A DNA stretch of 56,197 nt from the IMG/VR virus record IMGVR_UViG_3300041809_000302, positions 1 through 56,197 of that record; one strand, given 5' to 3'. The notes under the pieces were generated by a model that saw only the letters and a program-made list of their open reading frames with translations, had not been told where the DNA came from and searched no databases. This DNA comes from a virus (Duplodnaviria; Caudoviricetes). Both the position numbers and the translations under genes were made by a program. Shown here one piece after another: positions 35,404 to 45,060 of the stretch (position 1 is its first letter; every line of letters begins with the position of its first letter).

Positions 35404-36700
35404 ATGGGATAGGTTTGCAACGAAGCCGACAAAGACTGACGCAGACAAGTGGGATAGGTTTGCCTCTCAGCCGGAACTCCCGTTTTCTACGCGACGTGCT
35501 CCCGGTATGCCTCTGACTGCATCGGTTCCGAAGCCGTATATGGACCGTTTGCTGGACTACCTCAGTGAAGGCGTGGAAGGGATGACGAAAGCACCGGGGC
35601 AGTTATCAGCGAGAACGCGAGAACTCTATGAGGCAGGCGGAAAAAAAGGCGGAGTAACTGGTGCTCTAAAGAGTGCAACCGCCCCCTATTTTGCAGAAGG
35701 TGAAGCGTTGAAAGGTTTGCTCATGTCTGCGCTCGGTGTTTCAACTGTTGGCGATTTGTTTGGACGGGGACTTGGTTCCCGACTGGCGAGACATGAAGAC
35801 CCGGCCAAGGTCGAAAGTGACGCTGCTTTGGCGCTTGGCGGGTATATGGCTGGTGGCCCAAAAGAGACGAGTGCTGGGGAAGTATCGGTCGGGGACGCAG
35901 CACGACAGATTACCGATGCCGTGAATCCGCTTCCAAAGCAGATGGCCTCATTCCAGAGAAGCCTTGGGGAGCATTTGGACAAGATCATCACATTCGCAAA
36001 GTCGAATGGCATTGATCTCGATTCGATTGAAGGGATCGGAAAAGCGATGAAAGGTAGCGGAGACTGGATCAGGAACCACTACTACAACGACATGCTCGGT
36101 CCAGTGAAAAATCGACAGGTTTCTATCGCCGGAACGATTAAAGGCTACTCCGGTGAGACAGCTACTCCGTCCACTGCAACTCTTGGGCAGTTGGATGCTC
36201 GGTTGTCGCAGGTTAATGCAGAACTTGACCCCGCCTATTCCAAGGGTGGGAGGGCAGGAGAAGCGGCAGTTAAGTCAAAAACCGAACTGAACGCCGAAGC
36301 CGCTGGCCTTCGTACGCAACTCTATAAAGGGATTGCGGACGCAACCGGCCTGAGTCCAGAAGAAGTGGCGAAGACTCGTGGATCGTTTGGAGCACTCGAT
36401 TCTCTAGCTGAGAAAACAAACATGGCCGCTGCCAAGGAACGGTTCTCCGCTAATCGGGCAGCTCGGGCACCAGTGACAGTAAACCCGTTGTCGATGTCTG
36501 GGAATAAGCAGTTCATTGCCGATCAAGCGGTTAACAAGTTGCGCGGCGATGTCGTTGGGAAGCAGCTTCGAAACGCGACATCGAAGGTTAAAGTGAAACC
36601 ATACCAGTTGCCGCGAGCCAAGAATCTTGTGCCGCCGCCGCAAAGCGCAAGTCACCCGTTCTGGCAAGACCCACGCGAATCATTTGAGAGGAACCCATGA
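35393..36700 (+). CDS. DNA transfer/ejection protein
   Basis: Duplicated DKWDRFA N-terminal motif; Ala/Gly-rich helical protein. Confidence 0.65.
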   Translation: MPDKWDRFATKPTKTDADKWDRFASQPELPFSTRRAPGMPLTASVPKPYMDRLLDYLSEGVEGMTKAPGQLSARTRELYEAGGKKGGVTGALKSATAPYFAEGEALKGLLMSALGVSTVGDLFGRGLGSRLARHEDPAKVESDAALALGGYMAGGPKETSAGEVSVGDAARQITDAVNPLPKQMASFQRSLGEHLDKIITFAKSNGIDLDSIEGIGKAMKGSGDWIRNHYYNDMLGPVKNRQVSIAGTIKGYSGETATPSTATLGQLDARLSQVNAELDPAYSKGGRAGEAAVKSKTELNAEAAGLRTQLYKGIADATGLSPEEVAKTRGSFGALDSLAEKTNMAAAKERFSANRAARAPVTVNPLSMSGNKQFIADQAVNKLRGDVVGKQLRNATSKVKVKPYQLPRAKNLVPPPQSASHPFWQDPRESFERNP

Positions 36701-36828
36701 AGAAACCAACAAAAGTCAGCCGCAAGGTTCAGGTGCTCAACAACGACATGATCTTTCCTGATTCAAAGACGGCCAGCACGCTTGGCAGTAGAACTACGAA
36801 GCGCGGCAAAAGGAAGGCAAGCCGATGA
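36697..36828 (+). CDS. Small basic peptide (43 aa)
   Basis: ATGA coupling at both ends; MKKPTKVSRK...KRGKRKASR. Confidence 0.5.
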   Translation: MKKPTKVSRKVQVLNNDMIFPDSKTASTLGSRTTKRGKRKASR

Positions 36829-36983
36829 AAAAGAAATCTCGTGTCAGCAAAAAGATTTCCATATTGAGGCATGAATCGGTCCCGCAAAAGCAGGCCGTGG
36901 CAGAGGCTTTGTCGATGAAAAGAGCGGGACGACTGACAAAATCAGGCGGATACCGCAGAGTACGAAAGAGCAGGAGGAAATAA
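36825..36983 (+). CDS. Small basic phage protein (PQKQAVA.ALS family)
   Basis: MKKKSRVSKKISILRHESVPQKQAVAEALSMKRAG... Confidence 0.65.
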   Translation: MKKKSRVSKKISILRHESVPQKQAVAEALSMKRAGRLTKSGGYRRVRKSRRK

Positions 36984-36984
36984 G

Positions 36985-37278
36985 ATGCCCTGGAATTTAT
37001 TGCAGACCACGCTCGGTTCGGCGGCAACTCAACTGGCCCCGCCGGCAAACGCAACCTCCCAAGTCCTGTGCAGGCAGGTCATTATCCAGAATAATGCCAC
37101 CCATACGATGCGTCTCGGAGACTCTTCGGTAACGTCGTCCAAGGGAATCTACCTTGCAGTAGGTCCGGGCGGAGGATCATTTAACACGGGACCGTCAACG
37201 GTCTACAACAGTTATTTAAGTGACTTCTGGGTAGTTGGAACCAGTGGAGATACAGTCGATATTTTTTACAATACATGA
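36985..37278 (+). CDS. Small beta-sandwich virion protein
   Basis: AGGAGG SD; VIIQNN...LGDS.V...GI.L motif. Confidence 0.7.
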   Translation: MPWNLLQTTLGSAATQLAPPANATSQVLCRQVIIQNNATHTMRLGDSSVTSSKGIYLAVGPGGGSFNTGPSTVYNSYLSDFWVVGTSGDTVDIFYNT

Positions 37279-37312
37279 TAGTGAATTTTTGTAGTACGTA
37301 AAGTCGTTTCTA

Positions 37313-39538
37313 ATGGCTAACAACACCATACTCGCGTCAGACAACTTTGCCTCCGGCTCTCTCGCTGCCGGATGGTCACTCGCGGGATACGCTACGGCGA
37401 TGACTGCCATAACGGCGAGTGCTCCATATTACGCGGAGCCAGTAGCCGTTAACACTAACTTTTACGGACAGATTTGGACCGGCCTAACGTGGCCAAACGA
37501 CCAAACTTCTGAGGTTACTCTAGGCAATTTTGATACCACCCACGCACAGTGTTATATGTGGTTACGTCAGACCGGTACCGCCGCCTCACCTTCGGGGTAC
37601 ATTTTATTGCTATTCAACACTCAAGCCGTCGTGTACAAAGTTACGGCTGCTGCCACAACGGCTATATCTACCACCACTGGCCTTACATTCGCTGCCGGCG
37701 ATGTATGGGCGTTCTCCGCAGCCGGTTCATGCCTAACAGCAACACAAAACGGCAACCGAGTTGCGTGCATAGGTGACGCTACCTACACAAGTGGTACACC
37801 CGGTTTTATTTTGGGGATAGATTCCCTAGCGGTGACCAATTGCCAGATTGCATCCTGGCGGGGTTACAGCGCCGTACAGCAAGACGGCATCTGGCAGAAG
37901 CAGGGAATAGTTCTAGCACCTAATGCAACTGATTTAAGTGGGATCGGGGCGTACGAAGGATGTTGCATTTACGACGGCAACCCGCAACTACTAGCTGGCC
38001 CCAATGTTTACAAGCTGTGGTTCAGCGGAGGGGCTTCAGGCAGTTACAATACGTTCTATGCCGAATCGCCCGACTTGGTAAACTGGACACGCCAAGCAAC
38101 GGCGGTCCTATCTGGGTACGTCACACCGGGCATCATCAAAAACGGCAGCACGTACTATATGTACTGCCAAGCACAAAACCAGCAAGGAGGGGGCAACATT
38201 GCGTACTACACGTCCCCGGATGGGGTAACATGGACGCAACAGAGCGCGAACGTCTTATCTCTAGGGGGTTCTGGCGCATGGGATGCAGGCTCTATCTACC
38301 CCCTAAAGCCGGTGGCAATCATCAATGGCACTTGGTACGCGCTCTACGGGGCGTGCTCGGCTGCCGAACTGAGTGCGGGCTACCCCTTTAAAATAGGTCT
38401 TGCAACATCGACAGACGGCGCGGGGGCAGTATGGACAAAATATGCTAGTAACCCGGTGCTCAAAAGTCCCAATCCAACGGGGCAAGCAATATACATTTTC
38501 CCTTGCGTGGCTCAGGTAAACGGCACCTACTATATTTGGTTTGTGAGCGGCCCCAGCGCACCGCAGAATACGGCGACCTCCAGGGCTCTCGATCCGGACG
38601 AAACCGTTCGATACTCTACCACCGATTTCGTGCACTGGGCTGGACCGGTTGGAAGCATACACCACAGCCAAGTATTTGAAGCTGTTAACACCCCAATTAA
38701 CAACACCGAGCAAGTAGGAGGCAACGGGGCGATTGCTATATTCAACATAAACGGTAACGCCACCATGCTTTACTGTTTGTCCCAAGGTGACGGGGTAACA
38801 CCGGCTATTGCACAGTACGCCATCGCCGTTGCACCGGCACCAATCGCAGCTATTGTCACTGCGAACGAAGATGCGGTACAGCAGACCAAAACAGATGGGT
38901 TCACAAGCGGAGTCGGGCCACTTAGTGCTAACTGGACAACGCTCTCAGAGAACAATGCCCCAAAGATAGTTTCTGGCAACCTCGCGGAACCCTCCAGCAC
39001 CGACGGTGGGACCTCAGCAGCGGTGTTTACCGGAGCCTCTTTCACCACGAGTCAGTACGCGGAAATCACTTTGTCCGCGCTAGCGAGTGGTGGTAAAGCC
39101 TCCCCCATGGTTCTAGCTACGGTCGGAACAGGAACAAACTACCACTGCACATTGGCGGGTGCAGCCGGTTCGCAGAGCTTTCAAGCACAACTCATACGCA
39201 CGTCTACGGCAATTGGTCCGGTTCTGGGTATCACCCCCGAAGTGGGGGATGTAATTCGTCTGTCAGTAGTGCAAGGTACGTCAGGCCCGGTACTGTCGAT
39301 GTTCCAAAATGGGGCGATGATCTTTCAGTACGTGGACGAGAGTGCGAGCGCGCTGACCACAGGAAGTCCCGGTATCATCCAGAGCGAAACAAGCGGGGCA
39401 GGTTCGCAAATCAGCCTCTTTGCTGCCGGCAACGCAAACGTAATTCCTACGTACGGCGGAAGCGGGAACAGTGGTCCGGGCGTTGAGTATGGCGTCAACT
39501 CATTGGGAAGCGTGGGGACTTATGTCATCAATGGCTAA
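37313..39538 (+). CDS. Putative virion glycoside hydrolase: five-bladed beta-propeller (GH43/32/130-like) between two lectin-like repeats
   Basis: YAESPDLVNWT, YYTSPDGVTWT, GLATS.DG..WTKY.SNPVL, STTDFVHW blades. Confidence 0.7.
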   Translation: MANNTILASDNFASGSLAAGWSLAGYATAMTAITASAPYYAEPVAVNTNFYGQIWTGLTWPNDQTSEVTLGNFDTTHAQCYMWLRQTGTAASPSGYILLLFNTQAVVYKVTAAATTAISTTTGLTFAAGDVWAFSAAGSCLTATQNGNRVACIGDATYTSGTPGFILGIDSLAVTNCQIASWRGYSAVQQDGIWQKQGIVLAPNATDLSGIGAYEGCCIYDGNPQLLAGPNVYKLWFSGGASGSYNTFYAESPDLVNWTRQATAVLSGYVTPGIIKNGSTYYMYCQAQNQQGGGNIAYYTSPDGVTWTQQSANVLSLGGSGAWDAGSIYPLKPVAIINGTWYALYGACSAAELSAGYPFKIGLATSTDGAGAVWTKYASNPVLKSPNPTGQAIYIFPCVAQVNGTYYIWFVSGPSAPQNTATSRALDPDETVRYSTTDFVHWAGPVGSIHHSQVFEAVNTPINNTEQVGGNGAIAIFNINGNATMLYCLSQGDGVTPAIAQYAIAVAPAPIAAIVTANEDAVQQTKTDGFTSGVGPLSANWTTLSENNAPKIVSGNLAEPSSTDGGTSAAVFTGASFTTSQYAEITLSALASGGKASPMVLATVGTGTNYHCTLAGAAGSQSFQAQLIRTSTAIGPVLGITPEVGDVIRLSVVQGTSGPVLSMFQNGAMIFQYVDESASALTTGSPGIIQSETSGAGSQISLFAAGNANVIPTYGGSGNSGPGVEYGVNSLGSVGTYVING

Positions 39539-42500
39539 ATGGCTGGCACTCTCGATACTGCTTACAGTTTCAATCGCTTGGGGTCAGTCCATCATCGTAA
39601 CTGGGACCGTGGTTTCGCCATCAAATCAGCCATACTCCGGCGGCAGCGGAGTGGTACAACTGGTTCCAGGGAATGTCCAGTGGCTCGTCAACAACACAAA
39701 CCCGGTTCCAACCCCGATCACGATTTCAAGCCTTGACTCTGCCGGCCACTTCTCGGTTACGCTTACCAATACGGCCCTAATCCAGCCAGCGCAACTTGAT
39801 CCTGAATGGCAGTTCAGTTTTTGCAGCCAGTCGATTCTTGGGCAGTCTCCTGTCTGTTTCACGATGACTCCGCTGTCTCTGACCTCATCTCAGGACATCA
39901 GTTCCATAATCGTTACTCAATCCCTGCCTCTTCCTACGTCTGGAGGCGGAACATCGGTTGCCTTGCAAACCAATAGCATTCCAAACGCTTCACAAGTTCT
40001 GTTGAACCTGATTGCCGGAACGGGTATTTCCCTGTTTAACACTGGCGGAAGTGTAACGGTTGATGCGGCAGTTTCGGGCATTACTACAGGTGGTTTCCTG
40101 TCGTTTACCGGGACTACTCTAGGACTGAGCACGAGTTGCACCAACGGTCAGGCTCCGATATGGAATAGCTTGACTTCATCATGGGCTTGCGGGAACGTCG
40201 GCGGAGTGGGGACGCTGACCGGAATCACCACGGGAAACGGATCGGGATTGTCCGGCGGAGGCACCAGTGGCAGCCTGAATCTCTCTCTCATCACCAGTTG
40301 CGCGGTGACTCAAGGGCTTCTGTGGAACGGAAGCGCATGGGCTTGCGGGAACGCCGGCGGAGGACTAGCTGATCCCGGAGCAAACGGAATTATCAAGCGC
40401 ACCGCGCTCAACGTGACCGCTCCCGCTGGCTATGCGGACGTGGTTGCTTTGTGGGCTTCCTGCACGTCTGGGTTTCTGGAATTCAACGGAACATGCTCAA
40501 GCGGCACGGGAGCGATCCAAGTAAACGGCGCGCCGCTCATTTCTACGGCCACAGTCAACTTCGAGAATAGCGCGGCAACGAACGGCTTGACCTTGACTTT
40601 CACCAACCCGACAGTCGGCAATGTGCAGTTAGGCTTTACCGGCACCCTGGCGAATGCTGGCTTGGCAAATTCCGCCATAACGATCGGTGGTACGTCGGTC
40701 GCTCTCGGGGGAACGACCGTATCTTTTCCAAGTCCAGGTCCAATCGGCGGGACAACGCCGGCATCTGGTTCATTCACGACGATCAACGCCTCGGGAAACA
40801 TCACCGGGAACCTGATCGGCAACGCCTCGACTGCGACGACAGCGACGAACGCGGGTGGTCTTTCAAACTGCACCACTTCCACGCCCGGTTCTCTGTGTTA
40901 CTGGAATGGTACACAGTGGCAGGTACTGCCAGGGAACACGTCTAGTTCATTATTTCTCAATGAGACTTCCGCTGGTGTTCCATCATGGGCGACTCCTTCA
41001 GGCGCAGGCAACGTCTCAACCGGAGGGACGAATACGTCCGGGTATCTGGCTACTTGGACGAGCAATACAACGTTAACCTCAGTTCTCTCTTTACCTGCTG
41101 CCAACTTCCCGACTCTTACCGGGGATGTTTCAAACACTGGTCTTGCGACTACGGTTGTAGCCGTTAACGGAGGGTCGGTTCCGGCATCTGCTAAACTGCT
41201 TGGATCAAACAGCAGTTCCCAGCCGATTGCTGCAGCACTTCCAAGCGCTGATCTTTATGTTGGCAATGGTTCCAATCTTCCAGCGGCTGTGGCGGCATCA
41301 GGGGATGTGTCTTTAGCGAATACGGGAGCGTTCACGGTTACGGGAGCACAAGGAAAAGCGCTTCCTGCTTTGAGTTCTTTCACGAGCAATCCATACCTTA
41401 CCTATACTGGAAGCGCATGGGCAGCGGCAAACCCGTTTGCCAACCCGACATTCACCGGCACAATTACCATCGCAGGATTTGGAGGCGTAATTCAGTGCAT
41501 GCAGGCGACTGCTTCCAACCAAGTTGTCGGGACAGGCTCGCCTTGCGGCAGCGGTGGAGGCGGCGGCAACGTTACAGGGCCGGGATCATCTGTCGTCGGA
41601 GACGTTGCTTACTTCAACAACACTGGAGGGTCACTATTGGCCGATGCTGGATACCCCTATAACGCGATCCCAAACGCGGATTTAGCTCACTCTACTGTTG
41701 GAGTAGCAGGCACGAGCAATCAGATTACGAGCAGCGGTTCTCCTGTCTCGCTTGGCGGTTCGACAACTCTTGCTTTCGCCAACCCGATGACGTTGACCCC
41801 GGCGATCCTAACTGCGGGGACTACTTCCGTGGCGTCACTCTCCATGCCAAGCGGCGTAGCGCCTACTTCTCCGGCTAGTGGCAATATATGGAATTTATCT
41901 GGCATCCTGCAATTCTACGATGGCACTAATACCAATTCCCTGACTACGATTCAAGCGGCTCCAACCACGCTACATCTGCCGGAATTCAGTGGAACGGCTG
42001 GACTGCTAGCAGATTCCGGCATAGCTGTCGCCAATGTGGTCACAGCCGCAGCGAACTTCACTAGTGGCGATCTTGTAAAGGCCGCAGCCTCTACCAGAGC
42101 GGCCTCAGACTCCGGTATAGCTGCCGGGGACGTTCTGACGTACCACACTCCAGCCACAGGAATTGCACGGACAACAAGTGGCAGTCAGGCAGTGGTTAGC
42201 ACGGAGTTGAGCGGAGACGCGACTACTAGCGGATCAAACGCCGTGACCGTGGTCAAGGTTAATGGGTTGGCGGTTCCAGCCTCTAAGACCATCGTGGGCA
42301 CGAATTCTTCCAGTCAGTTTGTGGATGCTTCAAGCGCCACGCTCGCAAACAACACGACTGGAACGGCGGCTAATCTCTCAGGAACTCCAGCCCTTCCGAA
42401 TGGCACGACGGCAACCACTCAAGTGACCGGAGACAGTTCGACAAAGATAGCGACGGACGCCTTTGTCATCAATGAAGTCGCTGCTGGTGGTCCAGGTTCT

Positions 42501-44225
42501 GGAACAGTGAACGATCTGGCATTCTGGAATACTGGCACTACTCTAGGAAGCATTGGAAGCCAAGTTACCGGTCAGATACTCGTAGCAGTAAATGGATCGT
42601 ATCCGACTTTCTCTTCTTCTAGCATCATCGACAGTGCGAACTCACCAGTAACATCGGCATCCTACACACTTGCCTGCGATACGTCTACGACAGTTGTTGA
42701 CCGCAGCGCAATCGTACGTTTCCAGTCTGGAGCGACCACGCCTGTCGTTCCTCTCTCCACAGCCACTGGATGCTCAGGAATGGTGGTTAAGGTCATTGAC
42801 GAAAGCGCAGGGATTCTTGTGTTCTCTCGCACCTCACCTGACACTTTCAGCGTCTACAACGGCTCTACGGCCACAACCGGAGCAACATCCTTTACTTTGA
42901 CCAACGGAGAATATGCAACTGTGGACCAAGCGGCATCTGGGATTTGGGAGGTCAGTATTGTTCCCAGCGTCGGTGGAACCGGGACGGTCACGAGTGTTGG
43001 CATGACAGTTCCAACTGGATTGGCAATCGGAGGTCAGCCGATCACGACTAGCGGCACGTTAGCCCTAACTTGGAGCGGTACGATTCCAGTGGCTCAGATT
43101 CCCACAGCCATACCAATTGGCAACGTCGGAAGTGCGGGCCTGAGCGGAACGTCACCAGTGACCATCTCGGCAGCGGGAGCCATTGGATGCGCGAACTGTG
43201 CGGTCATCAATGGCGTAAATACATTCACCGCTGCGGGAACTATTGATCTCGCCGCAAGTACGGCAGCGGCAGCGTTGAAGATTCCCTCAGTAGCGAGTTT
43301 CACGTCAAACGGAACGTCCTCGATAGGGTCGGACGCAACGGCAAAGATTACGCATGTACCCACAAACGGTGCGGATTCTAAAGTTCTGGCAACAACTGCC
43401 ACGGACACGACCACAACCCACGCCGTATTTGCGACTGGTACGGCTGGACTGTATACCTCGCGAGCGATTGCGGCAGGCGACCTGCCTAGCGTCCCCTTAA
43501 CCGCCCTTGCCAGCCAAGCTGCGGACACGATGGTTGCCAACATGACGGCCAGCGGTGCGGTGCCTACCGCGGTAGCGATCCCGACAACAGCCCACGGAGT
43601 CTGGTTGGGCGAAGGCACGGCAACTGCTCCAGGGATCACGGCAGCGGGAACGGCAGGCCAGTATTTACGCTCTGGTGGCAGTGGGGCAGACGGTGCTTAC
43701 GCCACCTTCCCCGACACTAAAGTGTTCCCGGCTGCGAATTGCGTTTCAAGCGTTGGCGGATCGGCATGGGATACGACTCTGACAGCCGCTTGCGCAGGAG
43801 AATCCGTGAACGTCGGCGGATGGTTGCCATTCGCGGATGCTTCAGTCGCGCAGTTCAAGTTTCATTTGCCCGCAGATTGGGATACCACCGAGCCGTACAT
43901 CAACCTCGCCTTCGACACAGCAACCAATACCAGCGGGACGATGATCTTCCAAGTCCAAACTGCTTGCATCAAGAATGACGGTTCCACCTCGGACAATCCA
44001 GCGCTTAACACAGCTCAAGTATTCTCTACCGCAACAGCAGCAAACGCCAATCGCATTTTTAGCGAGAACCTGCAATTCAACGCGGTTACCTCTGGCAACA
44101 GTTGCGTAGCGAACGGTACGATGATCGTCAAAATCACGCGCAACACGGACACGGCGGCGGCAGTCGTTGGAGTTACCGAGGCAGATATAACGATTGGTAG
44201 GCTGTTGACATTGCAGGCGAATTAA
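39531..44225 (+). CDS. Long tail-fibre-like protein (1564 aa) with N-terminal signal peptide
   Basis: MAKWLALSILLTVSIAWG|QS; fibre motifs LSGDAT, LTGDV, GTVTSVG..PITTSGTL, TKIATDAFV, GNASTAT. Confidence 0.75.
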   Translation: MAKWLALSILLTVSIAWGQSIIVTGTVVSPSNQPYSGGSGVVQLVPGNVQWLVNNTNPVPTPITISSLDSAGHFSVTLTNTALIQPAQLDPEWQFSFCSQSILGQSPVCFTMTPLSLTSSQDISSIIVTQSLPLPTSGGGTSVALQTNSIPNASQVLLNLIAGTGISLFNTGGSVTVDAAVSGITTGGFLSFTGTTLGLSTSCTNGQAPIWNSLTSSWACGNVGGVGTLTGITTGNGSGLSGGGTSGSLNLSLITSCAVTQGLLWNGSAWACGNAGGGLADPGANGIIKRTALNVTAPAGYADVVALWASCTSGFLEFNGTCSSGTGAIQVNGAPLISTATVNFENSAATNGLTLTFTNPTVGNVQLGFTGTLANAGLANSAITIGGTSVALGGTTVSFPSPGPIGGTTPASGSFTTINASGNITGNLIGNASTATTATNAGGLSNCTTSTPGSLCYWNGTQWQVLPGNTSSSLFLNETSAGVPSWATPSGAGNVSTGGTNTSGYLATWTSNTTLTSVLSLPAANFPTLTGDVSNTGLATTVVAVNGGSVPASAKLLGSNSSSQPIAAALPSADLYVGNGSNLPAAVAASGDVSLANTGAFTVTGAQGKALPALSSFTSNPYLTYTGSAWAAANPFANPTFTGTITIAGFGGVIQCMQATASNQVVGTGSPCGSGGGGGNVTGPGSSVVGDVAYFNNTGGSLLADAGYPYNAIPNADLAHSTVGVAGTSNQITSSGSPVSLGGSTTLAFANPMTLTPAILTAGTTSVASLSMPSGVAPTSPASGNIWNLSGILQFYDGTNTNSLTTIQAAPTTLHLPEFSGTAGLLADSGIAVANVVTAAANFTSGDLVKAAASTRAASDSGIAAGDVLTYHTPATGIARTTSGSQAVVSTELSGDATTSGSNAVTVVKVNGLAVPASKTIVGTNSSSQFVDASSATLANNTTGTAANLSGTPALPNGTTATTQVTGDSSTKIATDAFVINEVAAGGPGSGTVNDLAFWNTGTTLGSIGSQVTGQILVAVNGSYPTFSSSSIIDSANSPVTSASYTLACDTSTTVVDRSAIVRFQSGATTPVVPLSTATGCSGMVVKVIDESAGILVFSRTSPDTFSVYNGSTATTGATSFTLTNGEYATVDQAASGIWEVSIVPSVGGTGTVTSVGMTVPTGLAIGGQPITTSGTLALTWSGTIPVAQIPTAIPIGNVGSAGLSGTSPVTISAAGAIGCANCAVINGVNTFTAAGTIDLAASTAAAALKIPSVASFTSNGTSSIGSDATAKITHVPTNGADSKVLATTATDTTTTHAVFATGTAGLYTSRAIAAGDLPSVPLTALASQAADTMVANMTASGAVPTAVAIPTTAHGVWLGEGTATAPGITAAGTAGQYLRSGGSGADGAYATFPDTKVFPAANCVSSVGGSAWDTTLTAACAGESVNVGGWLPFADASVAQFKFHLPADWDTTEPYINLAFDTATNTSGTMIFQVQTACIKNDGSTSDNPALNTAQVFSTATAANANRIFSENLQFNAVTSGNSCVANGTMIVKITRNTDTAAAVVGVTEADITIGRLLTLQAN

Positions 44226-44250
44226 TATGAAACGCTTATCCGAGGGTCCA

Positions 44251-45060
44251 ATGAAACACGTCATTATATGGCTTGTGCTATCGGCGTGTTCTTGGGCGAG
44301 TGTTACCCTGGAACAGATTTCATGTCCCGGTAATGCTGATTGCGCTACACCCGTAGCAACTTGTACCGTAGCTTTTACATTGGACACTGTCAATGCCGGT
44401 GATCTTGTGGTGGGCATGGAGGTTGCTCAAGAATCTAGTTTATCGTTCCCGCAAACCTTCCAGATACCTACCGATAGCTACGGCAACACTTACGCTCTTG
44501 CTGGCGGAACCGCTAACCAGATGAATCTTGATTTGGGCGGCGATGGTCCTTACAGTAGCGCAGAATTTTATGGTGTAATCACGACCGGTCATGCGGCAAA
44601 TTTCAATATAACGATGACTGTTAGTGGTGGTAATTTAACTTCAGACTGGAACGTATGCATGTACGACTTCCGGGGAATTTCGCCGGTACTTACAACCACT
44701 AACGTCCTAGATGGCTATAACTCTCATTGCGTTACGAATCCCTGTTCGGGAGCACAAGGAGCAGACGCAGCTTATACCAGTTCTTCTCCCATCACCACAA
44801 CTAAATCTGGGGATATCATGGTGGCCCAGCGAGCGTGGGGAACCTGCACTGCCAATGCGGGAACGGGATGGACCGTAGAGGACACTTTAGGCACTGATTC
44901 CGAATACATTATCCAAGGGGCGGCGGGAACCTATGACGCTCTTTATGCGGATTGTGGAACTACGCCATTCCACGACACCTACAGTGTCGAAGATGTTGCA
45001 TTTCTAACCGTTACTCCGGGTACTCCGGGCATCTCCAATCAATTCCCGAGGGTCAATTGA
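44251..45060 (+). CDS. Secreted Cys-rich beta protein (signal peptide or LSAC lipobox)
   Basis: GAGGG SD; MKHVIIWLVLSACSWA|S; 8 Cys after the signal. Confidence 0.75.
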   Translation: MKHVIIWLVLSACSWASVTLEQISCPGNADCATPVATCTVAFTLDTVNAGDLVVGMEVAQESSLSFPQTFQIPTDSYGNTYALAGGTANQMNLDLGGDGPYSSAEFYGVITTGHAANFNITMTVSGGNLTSDWNVCMYDFRGISPVLTTTNVLDGYNSHCVTNPCSGAQGADAAYTSSSPITTTKSGDIMVAQRAWGTCTANAGTGWTVEDTLGTDSEYIIQGAAGTYDALYADCGTTPFHDTYSVEDVAFLTVTPGTPGISNQFPRVN

